Origin: Kudoa neothunni
Taxonomy: Eukaryota; Animalia; Cnidaria
Direction of reading: 5' to 3'
Assembly (NCBI GenBank): GCA_964304625.1
Contig: OZ199839.1
Location: forward strand, 7,959,166 to 8,023,165
Length of the DNA stretch: 64,000 nt
This document shows, in pieces, positions 54,423 to 64,000 of this stretch (position 1 is the first letter of the stretch; the number at the start of each line of letters is the position of its first letter). The notes below the pieces were generated by a model. That model saw nothing but the letters and a program-made list of their open reading frames with translations. It searched no databases and was not told where the DNA came from. The position numbers were made by a program, and so were the translations under genes.

Positions 54423-55609
54423 TTAATCCTTCCTGCCCGGGGTGGGGTATTTGCCATACCCCTAAAGAAATATTTTTTGTTTTACTCAAAGCACGAGAAT
54501 TTTTTCGCTGTAGAATTTTTAGAATGCTCCTACAAACTTATAAAGCTTTCATTTGAGCAAAAAGATTGTATTCGAAATTTTATAAACTAAAAATTATACA
54601 TTTCTAAAAATCGAGAGATAATTATTTCATATATATCACTAATTTATATTTCTATTTAATATACACTTTAACATCATTTAATAATTAAAATTCCTATATT
54701 ACTAACCGGAAAAACATGTTTTCATCAAAGTAAAACTGATTGGGTATTTACCAAAGTTAATTCGATAATACTTTACTAATCTGGCGGCTTGCGCGCAGTC
54801 CTAATTTGAATAAAGTTTTTACTTGTTGAGGTAACTTCTTTAATTGAATTAATTAAAAAAACTTTTCAAAAATTAAGGAAGCTTTTAGGATCACATTTAG
54901 TATAGGCCCCTCATCCTCAAATGCATAATGGGGATTATTGTTTATTACGCCATCACGTATGAGACTAGACGAAAAATTTGTTTTTAAAATTGTTGAGGAA
55001 ATTTTGATTCGCTACAGATGATGATAAAATATAAGATTATTCGAGACCATTTTTGACGAAAAAAAAATTGTAAAAAAACACTAAAATTGGGGTGCCACAC
55101 GCTCCACAAATACCCCTAAGTTCAGCCTATTGTTGTTGCTATTATTATCGCGTGTTTAACCCTCCTTCATTTTCAAATAGATATCAATTCTTTAATTTAA
55201 ACCAACTCGATTTCCGCAATTATCTATAATACTCACGCACAAGTGGATCCAAACCAGGGGGAGACTTAATCCATTTATTCCGATAAAATAGGAAGGGCCA
55301 GGAACTTGTGATGTTTCTCATGAGCAACAATGTTTGCTAATAATTATGTATTCTTATGTTACGACCATATTGATTGATTCATTCATTCATGTGGTTTAAA
55401 TCATTGCTTGGTTGAAAAATAGGGGGATTGGTTGGTTGTACGCTCTTGTAGCTGCACTTTATTGTATTTGCAATATTATCGTTTTATTTATTACAAAGGA
55501 TAGAACAATTTCTCAATGTTAACGTCTATTAATATATATGTTCATGATAGTTTACATTATGTAGGCTCCGAAGGATTTAAAATTGACTAAGGCATATTTT
55601 TGCTGGGGT

Positions 55610-56697
55610 GGCTAACGTTTACCACATCCCAACACTCGGGTTTTTTGGTTACCTAGGTCATTTGGCTCTCAATAAACCACGAATGCTTCCCGCTATTTAT
55701 TCAACTGATAATCTAGATGAACTAAACTTTGAAGAAATAATATATTTCAAAGATAGGAAGGATGAACTGTTGAAAATTTTAATTGAAATTGGACTTTTTA
55801 TTAGAGAGGGAATATAAAATTGTGGATGTAGCATGATCATGGCGATTCGACCACGATATTCAGATGGATACAGTTTCAGATGTCATAATCGTGGTTGCCT
55901 AAAAGAACTATCTGTCAGATATAATAATTTCTTGTACCAATCGAAACTCTCATATCGCATTTTAAAAATTATATATCTGTGGTGAAATGAAATGCAGAGC
56001 CAACGTAATCTCATGAAAGAATGCAGACTAGAGTCCACCAGGGCAAGATACGACTGGAAAAATTTCATGCGAGGCTTATATCTGAGCTATTATATCATGA
56101 ACCCCACTAAAATAGGCGGACCCGGAATAAAGGTGCAAATTGACGAACGTCAAATTTGCAAAAGAAAGTTTCATGTTGGAAAGATTTTGCAAATTCAAAG
56201 TGTATGGATTGTTGGAGGTGTTGATGAAAACGGAGAGGTTTCCATGGTTCAAACTGAAATTAGAGATCAGAGGACATTAGAAGGGATTATTCTTCAATAT
56301 GTTAATCAGTGTTCAATAATACACACCGATGGATGGCCAACCTACGAAAACTTAGAATAGATTGGATACCAGCATGACGTAGTGATTCGTAAGTATGAAT
56401 TCGTCAATGCCACTGGCATTCACATTAACAGAATTGGAAGTTTGTCGGTAGCTTTAAACGTAAGTGTAGGAGTATAACAAACAAGAAAAAAGAGATGATT
56501 TCATCCTATATTTCTGAGTGGTGTTTTAAGAGAGGGCACAAAAATTAAATATTTTCTGAATTTATAAATGTAACAAAATTAGTTTTTAATTTTGAGGGTT
56601 AAAATGTACAGTTTTCAGTCTTTATGTTTTGCGTGGCATTTTGTTGATATTCGAGAACGAACAATCCCAAGTGTTGCGGATGTGGTAAACTTTAGCC
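55610..56697 (+). mobile_element. Merlin (IS1595-like) transposon, inactivated (duplicate of 24622-25708)
   Basis: Same TIRs and the same stops; ORF 55992-56360 has KIGGPGIKVQIDE and SIIHTDGW. Confidence 0.88.
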
Positions 56698-57713
56698 TGA
56701 CGGGTCGTGAGCGCTAAGCTTAAGAATAATATTGCCCAAATGATGGGTCATGGACATTTGGAGAGAATCAAGAATTTTTGTTCTTTGAAAGATAGAATAG
56801 ATAAAACGTCATATTATGAAATAATGTCCAATGGGAAAAATAGATAACCTAAAATCCTCAATTATTTTAGCTGAAAATCTCCATCCTCCTTAATATGATT
56901 TTGGGTAATGAAGAATTCATTATGATGGCTCATAATGAAATGAGAACTACATATTATTGCAAAACATTAAAAAATTAAAGTAAGACCTCGATATAGCGTA
57001 ATTCATGATTTATCGGTGTTTTTCAACATAAAAAGTTCAACAAATAACGTTAACTATTGCGAACGGTGTTGGGGAAATATCCACCTCCAAAAATTCGTCT
57101 TTTTCGCGTGTGCAAACCTTCTGATTTTATAATGAATCTTCTGTTTACATTTTTTAAATAGGGAGTAATCACAAATATCTTTAAAAATATCAGTCTAAAA
57201 AAATCAACCAAAATACAGCGTTGGCCATTATCGTAGCGAGCGCGTAACTTTACTCGTTCTTTTTTTATGCTGTATTCCTCTAAGTTTCCACATATATATA
57301 CAACTTTGAGATTATTATTATTATCTCCTATCTAGTCTCGTTATAGCATTTGTGTGTAAAAACCATATCTAACTCAGTAGTCAGTAATAATAGATTTAGA
57401 TAATTTGTTTGAATTTAAATTAACTTGTACCCGGACAGGACTCTATATATTAAAGTTTCGTTGAACAGAAATGTCAAAACCAACAAACTTTAGTTTATTT
57501 AATTTTCTTGGTGGTTTATTTTTTTAATGGTGCAAGATATTGTGATATTACTATGACCATCATAATATTTTCCATATTTATAATACATTAGAAACTTATA
57601 AATTATTTAGTAAATTATTGTACATGGACAATACAAAAACTGGAACAATATATTTGTAAATGCAAGAATTACTTTTGTATAAGAAAGTTATATCATGATC
57701 CTTAGTTCTAGGC

Positions 57714-58979
57714 CAGTGTGTTCCCTACGGGGGATGCGAAGAGCCATCGTTAGGGGGGTGGGAGTCATTCAAGAATAAATTTAACAATTAATCTTAGTTT
57801 ATTCATTTCGTATTGTTCGTTAGCCCCCGTTTAAATCATGTAAGGACGTAATGCGTATGGTAATATTTCTGGTTGTTTCGATTCAAAATGGGATTTGATA
57901 ATTTATTTAATTTATAATTCATTCTGTTTGATTCTACGAAATAGCGCAGTAAGGTAATAGTTTATATTATGCATGTTCAGCGTACAAAATCTAACTATCG
58001 CTATTTTCATGTAAAATAGTTACTTTGATATCTTTCAAAATAACATATTTATACGCTCTAGCTGTACTTAGGTTGTCAGCATTTTTATCTACTTAGGAAT
58101 AAACTATATCCATAAAAATAAAACCACGATGTAGTTATAACTTTGTCTCCTGTCTAAATTTGAGATCTATCATTTAATTACGTTGTTTTTATTGTTACAT
58201 TTTAAGTTTTACTTTAAAATTTTTACCTTGCCTCTGATATAAATATAAGTTAAATTGTTCTTGAAAGTATAGGTAAAACAAGGATCAAAGCATTCATTTA
58301 TATACATCAATAAACGAAAACAAATTTTAACAATATATTAGTTATTTTATTCGAGTATATTTAGAAGGCATATTTTTTGAATTTTCGGAATTTTTCTTAA
58401 CCTACTGCCTCAAAATTTATATTAAAATATGATTCAATATAGAATAAGGAATTCGCTAGGTTTTTCTATACAAGATGGTATATGAGACAAGCTTATAGAC
58501 TTCATTATATGCAAATAATAATTATCGGAATTCATTAATCCCCGAAAACGATTTTCATGTTTCATATTCCTACAAAATGTCCTGCATTGAATTACTGATG
58601 AAAACTCAGCGGAAGTTAGAGAACCGCCCGATCAAATAAATGCTGAATAACAATTGATTTTGAAATAATGTTTCTTGTGAACAATACGAATCGGCTATTT
58701 TTATTTGACTCATTTCATTTTTACCTTTAAGCACAGGACTTATTTAAGCGACCATACTGTTTATAGTTCAGTATTACGTTTATATTTATTTTTGACGTCT
58801 AATATTTTGGAATAATTGTAATAACATTATTTATTACTTTACATAAAAATGGTATATATAAGCGGGAATGAATAATAGCTCCAATCATTGAGTGTTAAAT
58901 CATGAGGAGCGAAAAGATAATGTCGTCCATTTTCGATTATACATAGCAAGTTGAGTTAACCAAAACATTTTGGTTTTAA
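57714..58979. mobile_element. Truncated non-autonomous hAT (duplicate of 26710-28202)
   Basis: Left TIR CAGTGTGTTCCCTAC is present; the right end is removed by the deletion at about 58980. Confidence 0.65.
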
Positions 58980-59165
58980 AGTAGAAAAGTTTGTAGTTTT
59001 CGTTTTAATGCTATTTATCGGCTCTCAATTGTATTGTTGAAATGTTATTCAGTCTTATAGTTCGTGCTTCAATTACCTTGTTTCGTACCTATTGACATCT
59101 AGAGTCAAATTCATTATTATAATTTCTATTAAAATTAATAACGCCATTATAATTGAGAACCAAAA

Positions 59166-61427
59166 ATGTTGGTCATTGCATTGTTAATCCTTTCTCTCTG
59201 TTACAATGGTAAAATAAGCCGGGAGTGGGATTATCCATAATAGATATATTTAGCCCACTCACACAAATACTACGTTCAACGAGATCAAACCGAATTAGAG
59301 GATACAATCCATCTAAAACTTGAAGGAGTTTCTGGAAGTAAATGCAACGTTCAATTGTTGGAAAGAAACGAATTTTTCTATCACTATATTGGGAGTGAAT
59401 CTGAAGGAAAACAACTTAAGGATGTCCCTTGTGTCGGAAAATACACTATTCTAACTGGAGCTGCGTTCCCATTTTATTATGTACAGATAAGATCCGAATA
59501 TGCAACTGAAACTCTTAAAATAATCCATAGTAATTCAATTTTTTGAATATTTTTTCTTAATTTTCTTGTAGTCACTGACAGTATTCCTCAAACTCAATTT
59601 AAAGTAAACGAAACCTCAATCGAATTCACCACTAAAAATGTCTGCAGTCATCCTCAAACTTGTAAACTAACAAGTGGTGACAAAGTCCTGGATGAGTTCA
59701 CTCCAACCTCTGAAACCGAGTGCAACACTGAAACCAAGCTCACCGGATTTTTTGATTCAATTGGCGATTCAGTCGAACTCTCTTGTGGTATCAATCAGCC
59801 AAAAATACACATGTATAGAAAAAATAATATGGCCATGGAGTTCAGTCCATTGGACAAACTTCCCTATCACATTGTTAAAGGAGATGCGGATAATAAGATA
59901 AAAATTGTTTTCGACGAAGATATGCAAGATGAAATATGCAAATTTGAAATTAATAAAAAGGATGGTGGAGCTCTGATATCAAAGTGTTCTGCCCCAACGA
60001 GTGAAGATAATTGTTATCAACTCTGCACTGACGTTGTAATGGACTTAACATTTAATAAGGATTCGGAAAAAGATTTTAAAGTTAAAGTATCGACTAGAAA
60101 TCATACAGGAGTAGAGAAAACTTTAAGAAGTAAAATCCTTGTTTAAATAATTTTATTTAAACGTCAATTAGTTGACAAAAGTAACCTAGAAGTTACTCCG
60201 AAAGAAACTAATGCAACTCTTTCTATCGCGGCCCTTAAAGATACAGATTTGACCTCTGCATCTTGTTCCATCGAGTTGAGAAAGCAGGAATTCCCTAAAT
60301 TCAATATTGGCGTGAAATGCAATGCCGATTCGAAGACGCTATGCCCTACAAATTGTGAAAATGTTACCATTCTTGATCTCGAGCCAAACACAAAATATAT
60401 CGTGAAAGTAACTTATACTAAAAATAGTGAAAGTACTCCAACCTATATTTCAGAAAAGTTATTTAAAACAGGTAATAAATAAAAAGTAATTGATCTAAAA
60501 TTTAATTAAGCTGACTACAATATAACGCAATTGCCTGAGATTAAAGCATATTACGAGCACGTAAAAATGACTGTAGCACCGAACGTGGCTCTGTTTGACA
60601 GAGTATACTGTAAAATTCAACAAAAAATGGTGGGCGAAACTGCTTTCAGCCCATCTGAATGCGAAGAATCGGTTGATTGTTCAGGTTTATGTGGACAACC
60701 ACTCACTATTAAAAACCTTTTTCACGATACTGAATACGAATTTAAATATTTATTTGGAAAGTACGTTAGTGACCTTGATAAAAACAAGGTGACAGTATCG
60801 ACAAGTAATGTACAATATTAATCTCTCAATAACATTTATTAAGTTGCAACGCTTCAAAAAATCAATGTTACCCACACATGGAATAACACCGATTTGATAG
60901 TCACAACGACAATGGAGCAGATGGACCCAGACCAAATTTGTGATTTTACATTTGCCCAAATAGTAGATGGAGTTGTCAAATATACTTACGGATTATATGA
61001 TAAAACTACTGGATGGGAGGGGAAATGCAACCAAGAAATAACCTTTTACAACACTGCTTCCTACAGAAGGGGCTCAATGAAAGTACAGGCCAGATACGTT
61101 AGTGAGCCGATCGTTGTGAGCCTTTGGGCTGGAGGAAATGAGGATAATTTTGATCCAAACTTTCCAGAAACTGGTAAACAAGGTAAATAATATTATATAA
61201 ACATTAATTATAATCCATTTTAGGCACTTCGAATAGGTAAGATAGTTTATGTTAGAGTATTTAATTAACTACTAACTTTAATTTAGCGCTAATGTTGGTG
61301 GAACCAAAATTCTGTAATATTATCTGTTCCCATACAGCTCTAATGATGATTTAGGTTGATTGTTGGTGGCGTTTTAATGGCACTGATGGTTTTCGCTATT
61401 GTTTTCTTGGTTTTGACAAAGAAATAA
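59166..61427 (+). CDS. Family B Cys-rich FN3-like type I membrane protein, copy B2 (intact, about 640 aa)
   Basis: Exons 59166-59208, 59254-59529, 59572-60129, 60172-60471, 60511-60804, 60844-61182, 61224-61236 (13 nt), 61287-61313 (27 nt), 61355-61427, giving an open 1923-nt frame. Signal MLVIALLILSLCYNAHS; FN3 motif ILDLEPNTKYIVKV; ends KILLIVGGVLMALMVFAIVFLVLTKK*. Confidence 0.9.
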
Positions 61428-61828
61428 ATCATATCTCATTATTCCATTGAATGAAATATTATTTGAATTTTTAGTATAATTAGCTAAGAATGAGATTTAT
61501 GTTTGTGTTAAAATGATATATATTGGCTAATAAATGTTCGTCGCATTTTATATAAAGACGCGCATCAATTACAATAGTAAATTTTAGTATATTATCAAAT
61601 GTTTGTACCATTTGAATAAAGATAAGAATAAAATTAGTGTCACATAAGATTTAATAAATTACATTAGCTTTGTACTATTTCTTTTCTTAAAAATGAAAAA
61701 TAGAGTTATTTATGAGATAAATAAGCATAAATATAATTTTTTTGTCACATTAAATCTTATAGTTTTTAAAAATCTTAAGAGTATTTTATAGGTATGCTAG
61801 TAAATAGGAGGAATCAAATGTTTTTTAA

Positions 61829-64000
61829 CCTTCCAAGTAAAATGGGGTATTTTTATACCCCAGGCCTATTTAATATTTAATTTTTTACCTCAAATCTAAG
61901 TCTAAAATTTTTTATATTCCGTCTAACCTTTTGACGTTATATAATACATATTCTACCCGATACAATTTTTTTTTTGTAAAATAAAATATAACGCCAAAAT
62001 ACCCTCCAAGTAAAATTGGGGTATTTTTACACCCCACATTTTTATTGATCTAAATTATTCCAAATACAAAATAATATTTTTTGGGGAAATTTGATACAAT
62101 TTTATCAACAAATAGTACTGGTCATATTGTAACGCACATGCGCTTCAGGACGTTAGGAATATGGGCTCGAGTGAGTATGGCGGCAGCTGCTCTGATACTG
62201 ATTCTTCTGGCCTGGATTATTCCTTTACATGTGATACATCATCAGATAATTCGGAAGTTGAAACCAATGCTCCATCTGACTCTTTAATAGATAAGAATGG
62301 AACCTTATGGACAATTGAAAAACCCTCGACTTCTAGAACTGCGGCCGAAAATATTTTGACCAGTCGTGCTGGTGTTTCATCCTTCGTTTTGCAGAATGTA
62401 AATGAAATTCTTGATACGTTTAAAGTGTTTTTTTCGTCAGGAAATACATTATTTAATTTTAAAACATACAAATCAATACGGTAAACATTTTTTTGGTGAT
62501 GCTTGGAAGCAATTAGATAGTGTCGAATTCGATGGATTCATCGGATGTTTATTGTTAATGGGAATATTTGACGATAATCAACGACCAGTCAATGAATTGT
62601 TTGGGTTAGAAGAGGGAAGACAAGTTTATCGTGACCTATTTTCTTTAAATAGATTCCGACAAATCAAGAGAGCTCTTCATTTCGATGATTTCGAAACACG
62701 AGAGATAAGAAAAATGTCAGATAAATTCTGCCACATTCGTGAACTCTGGGATATCTGGGCCGACTCATTTATCCAGAGTTTTCGACCTTTTGAGGATCTT
62801 TGCGTCGATGAGCAACTCGTGGCTTTTAGAGGTCGTTGTAAATTCAAACAATATATGCCAAAAAAGCCTTCAAAATATGGCCTAAAGTTTTTTTTAATAA
62901 TTGACCCAAAGTCAACTTTTGTTTGCAATGCAATTGTCTATTTGGGAAAACGATCTCAAAATGATACGAGGGCTGTGAATGTTGGGAGGAATATTGTTTT
63001 AAAGTTAGTGGAACCATTTGAACGTTCTGGTCGAAATGTCGTATGTGACAATTTTTTCACGTCTATTGAGTTAGCGGATGAATTGTTACAAAAAAAACTT
63101 ACGATTGTTGGAACGATGCGTTCAAATAAGAGGGAGATACCACCATATTTGAGACCAGATAAAACGACTCCTCTTCATTCATCTCTTTTTGTTTTTAATA
63201 ACAAAAAAATGATGCTAAGATATCTGCCTCGCAGAAATAATCCCGTTTATATGCTTTGTTACTCCTCAACAAACACCCAAATATCAACAGAAAGGCCACT
63301 AAAACCCGATGTCATAATGCATTACAATGCAGTAAAAGGCGGAGTTGATACGATTTCCAGATTATTGGCAGCAATAAATGTGAGACGAATATCTTGTCGT
63401 TGGCCGTTAATTGTTTTCTTTAACATGGTTGATATCAGTCTGATTAATGCGTGTTGTATATACAAAAATTTATTCCCTTCCTCAAAATTATTCCGGAGGG
63501 AATTTTTGAAAATGATGGCAACCCAATTGACACATCGACTGCTTTTGAGACGGAAACAAAATATGACAGCTAGTGAAGATTCCTCTGTTATAATTGGACA
63601 AAATAGTTACGGGAGATGTCGATTTTGCGATAGGAAGTATGATAGAAAACCAAAATAAAATGCGACGTTTGTGCTTCATCTTGCCGCAAATTCCATTCCA
63701 ATCATATTTGTTTTATTTGTTTAAACCGATAATTATATGTCAATTTTTTCTTATTCTTATTCTTTTGTTCGTTCATTTAACAAAATAATTCCAATGCTGC
63801 TTAAAAGCTTTCCTAAAATAGAATCTTAAACGTATTGTCAATAAACACTCTACTTCTGCAATGTGATCAATTTTGATTTGTGCGCGTGCGCTATACATGC
63901 TTAGCTAGAAATATTGGTCTATGATTTCAAGTTTAATCGATAAAAATACTTCAAAATTTTCAAAAATAATTATTTTCAAATTCTTAATCGTTTGGTTTAA
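61829..64000 (+). mobile_element. Young piggyBac element (right end not seen in the window)
   Basis: TTAA|CCTTCCAAGTAAAATGGGGTAT...ATACCCC left end, with an internal repeat of it at about 62000. The empty TTAA site is present in the other duplicate at about 31890. Confidence 0.9.
62161..63732 (+). CDS. piggyBac DDD transposase, near-intact (two homopolymer frameshifts)
   Basis: ORFs 62161-62484 and 62402-63658 carry LCVDEQLVAFRGRC, VVCDNFFTS and YNAVKGGVD. Correcting a T-run at about 62430 and an A-run at about 63647 joins the acidic N-terminus, the core and the C-terminal Cys-rich domain (CRFC..KCDVC..HICFIC). Confidence 0.85.

Larger units (their letters stand above)
49840..61828 (+). repeat. 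Segmental duplication, copy 2
   Basis: Collinear with about 18890-31893 but lacking about 1.1 kb (27990-29075 equivalent). It is interrupted at 61828 by a piggyBac insertion. Confidence 0.9.

Noticed and set aside
58595-58630. CTGATGA, a possible hammerhead ribozyme core
   Set aside because: No matching GAAA or stems, and the motif is not conserved in the duplicate at about 27610.
61314-61354. Alternative CAG acceptor in the last B intron giving a TM-less form
   Set aside because: It needs a 24-nt intron, well below the 39-nt minimum seen here.
1-64000. Prokaryotic features (CRISPR, operons, IS elements)
   Set aside because: There are no repeat-spacer arrays, the genes are spliced, and the IS1595-like transposase fits eukaryotic Merlin.

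Overview
AT-rich eukaryotic DNA with short GT-AG introns (mostly 39-47 nt). The window holds a tandem cluster of genes for large, Cys-rich, single-pass (type I) membrane proteins that I cannot assign to a known named family. Family A has five copies: A1 is cut by the window start, A2 and A3 each carry one frameshift, A4 is inverted and intact, and A5 is intact (10 exons, about 822-826 aa). Family B has two copies: B1 has two frameshifts and B2 is intact (9 exons, about 640 aa). A decayed exon of a third, B-like paralogue lies at 28.2-28.6 kb. A and B share one architecture: signal-peptide exon, phase-1 exons encoding Cys-bridged fibronectin-III-like beta domains, two micro-exons, a TM exon and a 2-5 aa tail. 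Paralogues are hypervariable in loops between fixed cysteines, keep near-invariant exon lengths, and are patchworks of one another, which suggests segmental gene conversion. My inference is a variant surface-antigen or recognition system; the organism cannot be identified from the sequence. An approximately 12-13 kb A-3'-end to B block is duplicated (about 18.9-31.9 kb and 49.8-61.8 kb). Intergenic space is filled with mostly decayed DNA transposons (piggyBac, hAT, Merlin/IS1595, Helitron-like, a long-TIR foldback) and one tRNA-headed SINE-like element. All gene models and alignments were made by eye.
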